A stretch of DNA of 64,000 nt, taken from NCBI GenBank assembly GCA_040285855.1, contig JAUFOQ010000004.1, positions 1,116,001 to 1,180,000 on the forward strand, given 5' to 3'. The position numbers were made by a program, and so were the translations under genes. Shown here piece after piece: positions 22,513-37,100 of this stretch; position 1 is the stretch's first letter, and every line of letters begins with the position of its first letter. The notes beneath the pieces were generated by a model. The model was not told where the DNA came from, searched no databases, and worked only from the letters and a program-made list of their open reading frames with translations. The DNA is from Eukaryota sp. GEM-RC1 (taxonomy: Eukaryota).

Positions 22513-25500
22513 ATGGATCTTTCCATCTTAACTCAACTGGAACAAAACGAAGTTCCTGTAGACCAGATTTCTTCAGCTCTTGATAAGGCCTTCTTTGGTT
22601 CAGATAGTGAAAAAATACAAGAACGCTTACAAAAAACTCCTACTTCTAATTGTACTGTAGTATGGGACCGTAAAGATCTATGTTTCTACTGTGCTCAATG
22701 TTCCATGGACAGTACATCAGCCGTTTGCATCGAATGTTTCATCCGAGGACCCCATCAATCAGAAGGTCACGACTGGCGCTTACTACGTGTCTTCTCAGGT
22801 CGCTGTGACTGTGGAAGTGAAGGAATCCGTCCCAGTGGCTGGTGCTCAGCTCATTCCAACCCTACGTCTCCAGTCTCCACCCTTCCTCCCTTTCTTCATG
22901 ATACAACTTCCTTCTTCTCCACTCTCTTCAACTTCATTCTGGTCCGTTTCAAACGTCTAACAGCTACTTCTGAAGATCCTGTAGTTGATACAATCCTCCA
23001 ATGGACTATCAAGGTAGGCAATCTTCACGAAGGTCTACGTACTTCCATGACTCATTCTCTCTCTGCTGACGTCATCACTAACTTCCTCCACTTCTCGGTT
23101 CTCCCTTCAGAAACTGGACAAGAAATGGCTAAGTTCATCTTCTCTCTCCTCGCCATTACAGACTTCAAACCCTTACTTCTTCATTGTTATGGGTTAGCCT
23201 ACGAAGATCTCATCAAGGAAGCTTTGAGTTTTAGGAAGGAGTTTGGAGGAGGTTCATATAAGGACAGGGTTTTCTCTCAGTTTGGAGTTCAGTTGTTTAC
23301 AATTGCTGACGCTGCATTAGAGGCGGTTCAGGCAAGTGATGGTGGAGTTTTGACCTCGTTGTTTAGCGCTCTTTTACACGTCATTAGTTTATCTAAAGAA
23401 GAACCAATGCTATACTCCTCGTATCTGACATCAGTTGGTGGTGACATCATGTTTCTGTTGACTTCTGAAGAAGTCGTTGATTACATTCACAGACACTTTT
23501 CCAACACTTCCCTTTCTGGTTGTCTTCTACAGCTGTGTTCTACTCTATGTCAGGAGCACAGGGCTTTTACTTACAAGAGAAAAGGACGGAGGGAGGAGCA
23601 CTTGGATGATCCAGAAGTTCCAGATCCTAAGTGGAGTGTGACTGTCACTGTTCAATTTTTAATATTTAATATATTTGGAAAATTATTTGGAGATTTGGAG
23701 GATTCTCTGACTGATGTAGCTAGAGTGTCTGCTGAATCATTACAAGTGGCAACTCAATTTGCCGCTGTTTTCGTTGAGTTTTTGACCAATAACCCCGCCA
23801 AAGATGTCAAAATCCTCACTGAGCCCGTTTCCATCCACCTGCCAGCTCATCGAATGCTGTCGTACCTCATCCGCTACCTCAACTGCTCCCCCGTCTTTCC
23901 CCAGGTATCGCCTCTATCTCTAGCTCCAGCAGAGTTTTGGTTGAATGAAACCAAGGCAGTAGCACAGGGAATGGCTTTTGCTTCATTTGTTTCTGCTCAG
24001 TGTTTTAAAAGAAACGGGGTTCATCCAATTCTAGAAGTGAGTCAACGGCATTGCAGTTTTAGTTTGTTTAGGGATTTTGATTTGTTCTTCCTTCAGATCT
24101 GTGCACATGTGGCGATTCAATCAAATTTAATTGATGATTATGTTACACGTATTGCTAATGCTTACGCTGTGTGGGGTAATCAGGTGTTTAACTGGCAACT
24201 TGATGTTGATGATTTTGTAGAACGCCATATTGCAACTGCATCTGATTTTTTAAATTTGTTCTACAGAATTTGTGTTGAAAGAATTGCTGAAACTCCTAGT
24301 CTACAAGTAGTCAAAACTGATCTGATGCACTTTTTGGCGGCAAAAGATAAGAGTTTCTCTTCCTTAATGAAGTCCTTGGCCTATATTGAAACTAACAAGT
24401 ACTCAATGATTGATGATATTCTGGCAGATATTTCTCTGTTTAGGGGAGGCCACGGAGACTCAGTCTGGGTATTACAAGCTTAAGGAAGGTCTGTGGACTT
24501 CAATTGACCCCACGTGGCCTCATTTGAGTCCTGAGAAAGTGGAAAGTTTGATTCAGAGGAGCTCAGGTACAAATATTAAAAAAATCATGGAGGTGTAATG
24601 ATATTTCTGGACGAATGGACATTTTCAAGGATACCTATAAGATTTTGAATAATCCTGTTATTTGTTGTCTCTCATGGTGTGCTGTATACTCTTGCCTAGA
24701 ACGATCCAATCAAATGAGCAAACCAATCGAATCCGTCCTTCGATTACTCATTTTGAGCTCTGATTATGAACTTGCTACTTCTGGGTATCCCACGGTTTCT
24801 TTTGATCTCTTGATTGACTCACCACTCAAAAGCGGTGGTCTACATACCTCTCCAATCAAGTACTCCCATGCCAAAGTTCGTTTACCTAAGACTGAGCCCA
24901 AATCCTTACTAGATTGCCTTCTCCTCCTACGTTCCCTTCCCCACGCTGCCCAAGTTCTGTCACTAACTGACGAATTCCTTTCCTTAGTTAGTCCGTCCAT
25001 CCTTACCACTTCTTCTCTTCCCCAAGCAGCTCCTTCTAAAGCTAAGCAGAAGAGAGAAGAGTTGATGAAGAAGCTTCAGCTTCAACAACAGGCAGCATTA
25101 ACGGCACTAGAAGCAGAGTTTTCTGAGTCTGAAAATGAATTTGCTGACTCACAATCTGATTTGATTGAACAATCACGACTTTTGATTGGTGATTTCGACC
25201 TCAGTGGTTGTGTCTGTGCCTACTGTAAACAACCGGTCACCAAAGATGACGAGTGTGGTTTCTTTGCTCTTTCTTCAAGGTCAGCTCAACTAGACCATGT
25301 TAAAGTCAAGAGATCCAACATCCAAATATCAGAGTATATTCCTACCACTGAGCATCCTTTTGATGACTCTACTGACGGAGAAGACGATGAAGAGCTCACT
25401 GATGACGATCAAGTTCCCTTTGATGAAATGTCAGAAGATGAAATAGCAGAGTTTGCTGAAGGTGATGGGGTTGAAGATGGTTATATGTACGATATTGATG

Positions 25501-27361
25501 GTATGGAGGATATGATTGAAGTAGAAGATGATGGGGAGGAGCACGATGGTGAAGAACATGATGAGGAACACTTACTTGAGAATGCCGACTTTGACGAGTT
25601 AATGTCATCAGATGATTCAGAACAACGTGAAGAAGTTCCATTTGATCTGGATTCTATCCCACAGTATATTCAACAAGCCGTGGCTCTATCCCAAGACCAA
25701 CTCAGCGTTCTTTCTTCCTTCTTTGCTGCTTCTCCAATGTTAAACAGTCCACCTCCATCTAAAGAAGGCGATGGTCGTTTTGGGTGCTATCTTACTTCCT
25801 GCAGACATGTCATTCATTCAAAGTGTTTTATTTCTTTTAGCGGTACTCTAGATCAAGGTACTGATAGATCCCTGAATACTCGTAGAACCGAGTTTAGGTG
25901 TCCTTTATGTAGGGCTATTTCTAACACAATTATTCCCTTTTTGAGCCTTTGCAAACGTCATCAGCTCATAATGTCACGTCAGATCTGAAGAATCTTGTTC
26001 AAACAGGTATAACTACAATGAAATCTCCTTCTCATTTGTTTGCTGACGTGCCTTCAACAGAAGTCACTGGAACCAATACCCCTCTATTTTCTTCTTTTAT
26101 TTCCCACACCGTTGCCAACACTGAAGGTGCCACCTTCCGATCAGTTGAACTTGGTACTCCTCCCTCAAAGAGTGCTGCTGCAGTGTATCTAGCTAAGGCC
26201 ATTGCTCATACTCTTTCTGTGTTGGAAATTAAGAGCAGAGGTAATGGTAATAGAGTTACTAGAAGTACAATGTGTGATTTTAATAACTTTCATTTATTGA
26301 AGTCAATGTTGAGGTCAATGATGTTCTTGTGTCGGTCTTCTGAATTCAATTGGTCTGACGTGACGAGTTGCTTTTTTTCTAGTGATGGGGAATTCTTGAT
26401 GTCTGCCAACCCATTGTTAGCTTTGTTGTTGTTTGGTACCACATCAAAACAATTGTTTGCTTCTCTTTTGTCTTGCTGTTACACGTTAGCTTGTACACGT
26501 GCTGTGATTGGAAGCGTTGAATTGGATTTAAAAAATGATGTTTTGGATATTTCCCAATTTTCCAAAGAATCATTAAACGAACAGGAAATTTTAATTTTTG
26601 ACAGTTTTGAGAAGTATGCAGCTTCTGTCCTAGAACAGAACCACAGTCTACCATCTCCCTTCCTAGTTGCCTCTTTTTTAACACCTTTCTTACGTCGATG
26701 TTTGTTACTTTACTCGGTTTGTTTTGAAACAGAAGTGGCACCAAATATTGTCGAGTCAAATTCTATATCAGATGTTTGGGTAATGTCACTGAAATATGAT
26801 ATATTTGGACCAGGAAATTCTGGTTTTTGTCACTTATTTTCTAATTTTGTCAGTTTGTTTGAGTTCACTCCCACTACTATTTCAAAACACAATAACATGT
26901 TACCAATGCCAAATATCCCTTTTTCAATAACTAATTTACCAGACTTCTTCCATTTACTCTACTATTACACTAAGAATTCTAAATGTACTCTTTGTGACGA
27001 AGTTCCTACCACCCCAGCTCTTTGTCTAGCATGTGGTTCAGTTATTTGTGTTGGAGATAACAAAAAGGTCTTAGCTGAAACTGGATCTCCTGCTGGTGAA
27101 ACGTGGCAACATTGTTACTCTTGTACTGGAGGTATTGGAGCTTTTCTATTATTTACCATTGCTGAAATTGAATATCTTTATCATGGAAGAACCTTTGTTG
27201 GGTCTGCTTTGTACTTGGATTGTCACGGAGAGCCTGATCCTGGGTTTAAGATTGGTCTACCATTGAGACTACATTCGTTGAGAGTTGAAGCTTTAGAAAG
27301 GATGATGGGTGGATGTGACTTTAGTGGAGATGTTAATGGTGAAGCTAGTTTTGATGCCTAG
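22513..27361 (+). CDS. UBR1: UBR1/2/3-type N-recognin E3 ubiquitin ligase, split by three frame breaks (~24445, ~24580, ~25940)
   Basis: UBR box ([31 protein letters not shown]), GYYKLK..W, split RING (CAYC...SCRHVIH..C...EFRCPLCR), C-terminal [27 protein letters not shown]. Confidence 0.88.
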
Positions 27362-28124
27362 TTTTTGTATTAGAGTTTGGTAGTTGTTATTGGCTGGTTT
27401 AGGATAAATGTGTGTTGTCTTTGTTTTTGAATTCTGCTGGAGCCTTTTTGGGGATTATATATCGAGAACTTTTGATAGTTGTTAGTGAGTTTTAGTAGGA
27501 TCTATAAACTGTTTTTTCTAATTTAACGGCAAGAATCACTGATCTGGGATTGAGCAACAACTTCTATATGTATAATGGTAAACCTACCTCGTACTATAGG
27601 CTTTTGATAATGATTGAATGTCTTTTATTTAGCTCAAAGTACAGTGAGCCGAAGGGTATTTTGTAGGAATGTGTTTTCATTCAATATAAGGTATCTACAT
27701 AGTACAAATATAAAGGGATTTTTGTACTGAGAAAAACATATTGTACAGCAAGATATCAAAATTAAATTAAAAACTATTAAATCAAAGTACAGTGTATATA
27801 ACGAACTACCCAGTTCCGAAAAGCACATATAGTTACCACCAAACAACTTGGAACATATAGAATCAACGCATCTATATTCAAATCAGTGAACGCTAACACG
27901 TACCAAAATTGAATCTAACACGCGTTAACACCCATGTTATGTGGTTGCGTTACAAGAATTTTTCCTGGTTTCTGGCTCAACGATACATAGCTCGTATCTT
28001 CTACACATTTATCCCTACTATACTCTGCATCCCTGTAGGAAACTTCTAAAACGGCGTCTTTCCCTTTTTTAGCAGCAAAAACATTTTCACATAATCCAGA
28101 CCGAAAATGGTAACCGATTTTTCT

Positions 28125-31100
28125 TTCTAAAGGTGAGTTAATTCTGAGTTATAGTCACTTTTCAATCAAAGGTTCTACACCTCACTTACATCCAGATTTA
28201 TTTTTGTATTATAACTGGGTTACGTCGTTTAATCAAATTGACCACTCAGGAAATCATAGTATCAATTCACTCATAATAGATGGACCAGAGTGGAAAATTG
28301 ACGATATCGGTGGTTTTTTAGATATCAACCCTGGCGACACTCTCCATATTCCAAATATTCCTGGAGAATTTGGTTGGAGACGTGCTTCTATTTCTCTGTG
28401 GATATACTTTGAAGAGGGAGGAATTGGGTTTCATTGGCATAATTCTCCTTGTAGGTTTAACATACGAACTAACCAGGTCGTTTGGGGTAGCACTGGGCGT
28501 AATATCCCATTCCCTCTTGAAAAATGGTTCCACTTGGTCATTACTTTTGATCAATCAGAAGCACATATTTATGTTGATGGTAATTATCAGGGTTCTGTAA
28601 CTTCAGGTACTCCTTATAGATGTACTAATGATCCTCCCGCTTACTTCCCTCTTTCAGAAATTGACGGATTAAGTACTCAGTTTAAAGGAAGAATACGAGC
28701 AGTTCAAGTATTTACCAAGACTGTAACAACTTTTGAGATCAATTTATTAACGCTTGAACTTCATGCACGTATCTGGGGACCCGGAAAACTCTCTATAGTG
28801 CACTCTGAAATGACAATCTCTCCGGCATACTTTAGAGTTGAACTGATCTCTCTAGTTTCGTCCACTATTTACTTAGATAATCCTGTAACCAACGAATTAA
28901 AGTCCATTGAGCTCTCTTTCAGTGAGCTTTATTATGACGTGATTGATCCTGATGCTGAACTTACTATTGATTCTTTTTATCTAAAGAATACTTCTTCTAT
29001 TATCACTAATGCATCTCTTATTGTAAGTAATTTTCATTGGTTTGATGGGGAGTTGTTTTCTCCTGAAATCCTTACTTTAAAGGGTCTATTTCTATATGGA
29101 GAGTCTAAATCTTGGCCTCACGACTCTCTCGTTGTTGAGAATGAATTGCATTTCAATAACTCTCTTTCTTTTCAGTTCCTCGTCTTGATTTAATCAGTAC
29201 TGCAGTTACTTGTTTTCCTGGTTCAGAACTTCTTCTTGATTCACCAACTTTTAATGAAAGTTTACTGGCAGTGAAAAGCCATCTTCACCTGACTTCTAGT
29301 TGTACTCTTACTTCTCTTTTACCAGTTCAAAGTACTGGGATTGTTATTTTTCAAATGACTCAGTAATGACTCTTATCAAAGACTTAAGCACAACTAGTAT
29401 GATCATCATTCTTCCTAAAGGTGAGTTAGTACTGAGGAATATTGATATTACTTTTGAAGGTTCTGGACCTTACTTACATCCAGATCTATTTTTGTATTAT
29501 AACTGGGTTAATTCATCTAATCAAATTGACATATCAGGAAATCATGGTCCCAACGCAATCATAATTGATGTACCAGAGTGGAAAACTGACGATATATGTG
29601 GATATTTTGATATCACTACTGGTAACACTCTCCATATTCCAAATATTCCTGGAGAATATGGTTGGAGAGGAGCATCTATTTCCCTTTGGATTTACTTTGA
29701 AGAAGGAGGAGTGGGTTTTGGTTGGAGTACTTCTCCTTGTAGGTTTTACATACGAACTAACAGAGTCGATTGGGGTAACAGTTGGCGTAATATTCAATTC
29801 CCTCTTCACAAATGGTTTTACTTGGTCATTACTTTTGATCAATCAAGTGCACGTATTTATGTTGATGGTAATTACCAGGATTCTGTAACTTCAGGTAGTC
29901 CTTATAGATGTTCTAATGGCCCTCCCTCTCACTTTCCTCTTTCAGGAATTGAAGGATCAAGTACTCAGTTTAAAGGAAGAATTCGAGCTGTTCAAGTATT
30001 TACCAAGACTTTAACAACTCTTGAGATCAATATGTTATCGTTTGATCTCCATGCTCGTATCTGGGGACAGGGAAAACTCTCTATAGTTGACTCTGAAATG
30101 ACGATCTCTCTAGCTGTCTTTAGAGTTGAACTGATCTCTCTAGTTTCGTCCACTATTTATTTAGATAATTCTCTAACAATTGATTTTGGGTCAATTGAGC
30201 TCTATTGCAGTGAGCTTTATTATGACGTGATTGATCCTGATGCTAATCTTTTTATTGATTCTATTTATCTAAAGAAAACTTCTTCTATTATTACTAGTGC
30301 ATCTTTTATTGTAAGTAATTTTCATTGGTTTGACGGTGAGTTGTTTTCTCCTGAAATCCTTACTTTAAAGGGTCTATTTCTTTACGGAGATTCTAAAAAT
30401 TGGCCATTAGAATCTTTAATTATTGAAAATGAATTGTATTGCAATAATTCTCTTACTTTTTTAATTTCTCATCTCAGTTTAATTACTGTATCTGCTACTT
30501 GGTTTTCGGGTTCAGAACTTATTATTGATTCCCCTTCTTTTGATAAAAGTTTACTTGAAATCAAGAACCAGCTTCATTTAGCTTCTAACTGTTCTCTTAT
30601 TTTTTTCTTACCAGTTCAAAGCAGTGGGCTCATTAGTGTTTCAAATGACTCAGTAATGACTCTTACCAAAGACTTAAGTACAACTAGTGTGATCATTATT
30701 CTTCCTAAAGGTGAGTTAGTACTGAGGAATATCAATATTGCATTTGAAGGTTCTTACTTACATCCAGATTTATTTTTGTATTATAACTGGGTTAAGTCAT
30801 CTAATCAAATTGACTTATCAGGAAACCACGATTCCAATACAATCATTATTAGAGGACCAGAGTGGAAAACTGACTTTATAGGTGGTTATTTTGATATCAC
30901 TCCTGGTAACACTCTCAATATTCCAAATATTCCTGGGGAGTTTGGATGGAGAGATGCTTCTATTTCTATATGGATTTACTTTGAAGAAGGTGCAATCGGG
31001 TTTAGTTCTGGTCTTCCTTGTAGGTTTATCATTCGAACTAACAGAGTCGATTGGGGTAGCAATTGGCGTAATGTTCAATTCCCTCTTCACAAATGGTTCC

Positions 31101-34100
31101 ACTTGGTCATTACTTTTGATCAATCAGAAGCACGTGTTTATGTTGATGGTACTTACCAGGATTCTGTAATTCCCGATAATCCTTATAGATGTACTAATGA
31201 CCCTCCCTCTCACTTTCCTCTTTCAGAAATTCAAGGAATCAGTATTCGGTTTAAAGGAAGAATTCGTGCAGTCCAGATTTTCACCAAGACTCTGACTGTT
31301 CCAGTCTCTCGAGGTATTTGGGGTCAAGGAAAAATTTCATTAATTGATTCAAACGTCGAGTTTGTATCGTCCCAACTTTACCTCCAGTCACTCTGTTTAA
31401 GTGCCTCGACTCTTAAATCAAATGACGTTATATTTGATAGCTTAAAGCAAGTCGAACTTTACAGTACGTCGACTATGAGCTTAATTCAAAATTCAAAAAT
31501 TGTTTCTGATTATTTATCTATAACCTTAAATTCAAGTCAGCTATACTATGATGATTCAGAAGACATCTCATCATCTACTCTTAGTTTGGTTGCTATTCAC
31601 AGTATTTTACAGAATTATTTTGAGTTTGCAAATTTCCATATCCTAGATTTGTATTTTTCCACTTTTGAGGCTTCTTCAGATACTGAAATAAGTGTTAGGT
31701 ATTTCTCTTGTTTTCATTGTCAAATACTAGGAAAATCATTACTGAAAATAGAAACTTATTCTGATATTAATTCAGGAAACTTCTCATCTTCTTTAATTGT
31801 TCAAGAATCGGCAGTAAATTCCTCCGTCACTGGTCAAGTTCAATTGAGAAATTCTTTTGATTTTTTCAGTTACGTGATTCTTGATGACCTGTCAGTTTCA
31901 GAATTCCACTCTTCTAGTGGTTCTATTGTTTGTCATTCTGGTGTTTTGATGAAAAATTTCGTTACACTCTCCTCTACTTCATTCACTGCTCACAATGATA
32001 TCATTATCTCAGATGCAAACGTAGTTATAGAGCAAAATGTGGAATTTTTAAATTTTCAAATTTTAAGAGGGTCAGGCGTAATTTTTGACAACACTTCACT
32101 CTCTGGAAAAATCATTCCTTTACCTTTAATCATTTTTGATAATCATTTATCACTTTCTGATACTTTTATCATCTTTATCGAAATCAATAGTGATAATTCC
32201 TCTACTCAAGTAATTGTTGATTCAACTGCTTTTCTAGATGGTACAATAGAAGTAGAATTTGATCCTTTCCAACATTGGGGTGGTAAACAATACGTACTTA
32301 TTGATTCTTACTATCGTTTGGGTCGATTTACTTCAGTCAAAAGCACGTGTTCTTCTATTTTCAATATTGAGTATACTTCTACTTCAGTAATTGGATCTTT
32401 CAGTGACTATATTCCTAATGTAGATGAACTTTCTTACGTTTCTACCACTGGTGTTGATTATCCTTGTTGTGGAACTTTTGATAGACCTTGTGCTTCTTTT
32501 AAAGGAGTTTTAGAAAGGATGGGAAGAAAAGGGACGGTTTATTTGCACAACGGGAATTATGCTTTTCATCAAGGGTTGGGAAACGTAAGTAATGTTGATT
32601 GGGAAGTGATTGGTCTCGGTGATGTGATTATTGAAGGAATTGACGAGACATTATTTGAAATAGTACGTTCGAATCTTTCTCTGTCAACTGTTGATATTGT
32701 TTGTTATTCCCCTTTTGTTTTTCTCTACCAGACTCAACTTTCGAATTAATTAATTCAAGTATTCTTCATGACGCTGTATTTTCAACCACAGCCCTAACAG
32801 TTGCTGACGTCAATCAATTAAATTTTGATGAACATCAAGGTAATTGGAGCCACGTTTCTTTAATTAATACCAACGTGGAGTTTATATCCTCACAACTTTA
32901 CTTCAGTTCTCTTTCTTTAACTTCGTCAACTTTTCATTCGAACAATGTCATATTTGATAATTTAAAGCAAGTGGAACTTCACAAACATTCGACTATGAAT
33001 TTAACTGAACATTCGAAAATTATATCTGGTCATATTTTTATTACCTTAAATTCAAGTGAGCTCTACTATGATGATTCACTCGTAATCTCATCATCAACTC
33101 TTAGTTTGATTGCTATCAACAGTCGTTTTCAGAATGATTTTGACTTTGCTAATATTCATACCCTTGATTTATCCTTCTCAACTTTTGAAACTTATTTAGA
33201 TACTATGTGTCTAATGTTGATTGGGATATGCTTGTGATTGTCGATTATTCTGCTAGCTTTAACAATGTTCAGTTTGATACAATTAGAGCTCTGTCTCTTA
33301 TTGATGCAAAAACTAGTGAATTAACCTTCAGTTCCTGTTCTTTTACTGACATTTATTCCTTCTCAATTCGTAATTTATCTGATTCAAGTTCGTGTTCAAT
33401 TGATTACTCTGTCTTCTCCAATGCTATTACTGACGTTACTTTCCAGTTTAAAAACTCAACTTTTAATCTACTCAACACTGAGATGATCAATATAACCACT
33501 CAATCATTTTTAATGACGGAAATGTCAGATATTGAAGTCAATACTTTGATAGTTCACAACTCCACGACTTTGGATACATTTATTAAAGCAGTGGAGACTG
33601 GAATGCGAGTAGAACACTTACATTTGTATTATTCAAATATATCTGAGTTATTCCAAATATCTGAATCACGTGTTGATCTCTTTTCAGTTGAGTTTGGCTC
33701 AACCAATGACTTATCAAACTCTTTGTTCAATTTATCTGGTAGTACTGTCGATGTTCATTTTATTGATATTTCAGGACCTTTTACTACCAATCATTCTTTA
33801 ATTAAAGTTCAAGGTTCCACTCTTAAGGCTACACAGTTCAATGTTGATCAACTCACATCTCCACTTTTATTTTCTTATGAATCATCTATTACATTTGATG
33901 AATTGTTTATTCTCAATGTTAATGGTGATAGATTAATTTCGATTTATTTTTCCAATTCCACTTTTTCCAATCTTTCAATTTCTAATTTTCATTCTAAATC
34001 TGATAATTCAACAATATTAGTGACGTCGTCAACTCTTTCACTTAATCACTTACTTGTGGATCAAATCACGAGTACCAATTTCCTCTTCTTTAATGATTCT

Positions 34101-37100
34101 GTTGGTTTATTTTCTAATTCAAAGCTGGAATATGCGAAATTTAGTACATGTTTTATTAATCTTTTATCTTCGACGTTCCGTTTCGAAAACTTCACTACTA
34201 ATGATGTCAATGTGACGAGTATTTTCCAGTTAGACAGACCTGGTATCTACTGTGAAAAAGTTATGATTTCAAGAGCAATCAGCAGTTCAGTTCTCATTTC
34301 CAAATATTCTGTTATTACATTTTCTAAGTTTGCTCACTGGAAACTACGAGTATTAGTCATGAATTTGCCACTTTACGAAATTCTTCATTGAATTCAACCT
34401 CTTTAAGGATTACTAATTGTCAGTTAAGTGCTCTTCTTCAAGCTACCAAAAGTATAATTGAATTGAATCATTTAGAAATACTCAACATTTCGTTCTCCAA
34501 GCCAGTAAATTATTACATCTTCAACAATTCTGATTCTCAATTGTTGATTACAGACTTCTATGCTGACGTCATCAATGTTCCCATCATCGCGTCATTTGAT
34601 AGTGATATTTCATTGGTACACGTCGAAATTATTTCAGTCTTGTCAGATGTTCTTTTGACATAATTACAACCAGTTTTAGTCTTGTTGATGCCGACTTTTT
34701 GAAATTTCAAATAGAATTGTGTATTCCTTCAACAGTTACGTGTTTCTTCAAAATATCAGTTTAACTAGATCAGCTAAATTAACTGATCTATCTACTGATG
34801 ATTTATTTAATTCTGGAGATTTAAATTTAATTCATCTTATTTCATCAAATGTCACTGCTTCTGGTATCGTTATGAATAATATCGTGATTCAGCATTTACT
34901 TTATTCATTCAATTCCAATCTGGCAATTATGGACGCCGTTTTTTCAAATATTGTTTTGTATTCTGCACTCAACTTTAGTGATACTATTTTTAGATCAAAT
35001 AATGTAGCATTTGAAAATTTCACTCTGATTGACTCTTTTGTAACCCTCTATAATTCTTCTTGTTCACTTCACCTTTGGAATATTCAAGACATTGAGTCAT
35101 TAACACTGTTTAAAGTATCTGATTCTTCTCTTTCTATTTCCCAACTCTCAGTAAAATTATTTGAATCGACCTCTTTATTCAATATTTCAAATTCTTTTGT
35201 TGATTTTGACCAAGTTTCTATTCAAAAATGTAAATCACTTTCTATTTTTGATGAAATTGAGACTTACTTTATCATTTCTAATTTCTCAGTACTTTTGAAT
35301 AATTTCATATTTTCCGGTTGCACCTACCAAACAGTCTTTAAATCTGATTTTGAAATCATCAACTCTTCACTTATTCTGACTAAATCAACAGAAGTCTTGT
35401 TCTTATCCTCTCTCTCAGCTCAAAATTCATCAATTACATTCTCTTCTGGATATCCAACTATTTCAAAATTTGCTTCAATTAATCAGAACTCTATTTTTGG
35501 AAATGATCCATTCTTAGATCTTTCTAAAATATTGTCTAATATTTCAATTTCTCCTTCGCAACACTGTTGCAACACGTCTATTTGTCACGTTTCTCTGAAT
35601 TTCAATAATATAGGACATATTTCAGAGTTACTGGAACTTGCAGTCCCTAATAATGATGAATTCTCCCACAACTTCCTATTGAATTCTCTTGACTTCTTTT
35701 TAAACAACAGTATTTCTTTCAATCCAATGAATAATTCAATTTATTTCAATTTAACTATTGCCAGAATATTTTCATTCCATCACTTATTCATCCCTATGTG
35801 TCCTATTGAGTATGTTAGTCTAGAACCTCCAACTAGAGGAGGATTTGTACCACTGTTTGCTTTTAATCTTGGGTTAGATCCTATTGTTATTCATCATTCA
35901 ACTGCCTCAATCAATCAAAGTCTTGAATATTCTTCAGCTAATCATCAAAATTTACATTTATATTTTTTTGAAGGTCATGGTTGTCATGAAATCGTTCTTT
36001 CTAGACCTACTGATTCAATAATAGTTTCCTTTACGTATTGCTTCAAAAAGCCCTTCATTTCTAGTATTTCACTTTATCCATTCTTTTTGAACGGAGAGCT
36101 TTCAATCATTGGTCATGATCTTTCAACAAGTTTTGACTATTCTTCTTTGGTTGATGAAATTGCTTCAACACGTGTGGCAAATCATTCTCATGAAGAAATT
36201 GTTCATTATATTCCTTACGTTTGTTATGTTGAAAGTAACATTTTCAATGTTTATGTAATAATTGGAAATCAAACCAGTAATGTTTTTCAACTTCATTTAG
36301 CAGCTCCAAGACATAACTTTTTCCCATTTATACTTTCTCCCTCTGGAAATATTTTGAGATTGTTTGGGACAAATTTTGGCAAAATGTTTGACTGTTTTGT
36401 TAACTCTACTATTCAAATGTCGGGTTATGCTTCCCAATTAGTGGAAGTAACAACTGACGAACTTACCATTTCTACTGGAGAAATTGCTGGTCTCAGTCAA
36501 TTTATTACTGAAATCAAGTTTATACCTGGTATCTCTCTCCTTCTATCTATTCCAATCACAACTTTAGAAGCTTACAATACTTCCTTGGCTTGCTTTGTTA
36601 ACCAACACTGTGAAATATTTGTTTATAGCCTAAATGGCGAGGTTTCAATGGATGAATTTCAAATCACGACAAGTCTTCCGAATTCTATTCAAGTATTCAA
36701 TTTTCAAACATCCCATTCTATTGCTCACATTGAGTTTATTTCCACATTACCTGGATATCCAGATGATTTAGATTTATGTAATGATATTGGTTGTTATCCT
36801 ATCTTTAACTTACCTTTTATTGTCTTACCCAATTCAATTTCTCCTCGATTTATTCAGTGGTTTGACTCTAGTTTTGTTCATGAAATTTTTCTAGAAGTTG
36901 AAGGAATTCATTTCTACGAGTACTCAGCTATAGAGAGTAGTTTTATATTTGGAGAATTAGCATCTCAATTAGTCGAAGTTCAAGACAATATTGTCGTCTT
37001 TGAAGTCCAAGTGGTTTCAAGTGGTTCTTTTGCAAGTCTAGGAATTGATATTCTTGATTCAACTTTCAGCTTGAATTTAGTATTTGAAGTTGACAATTTT

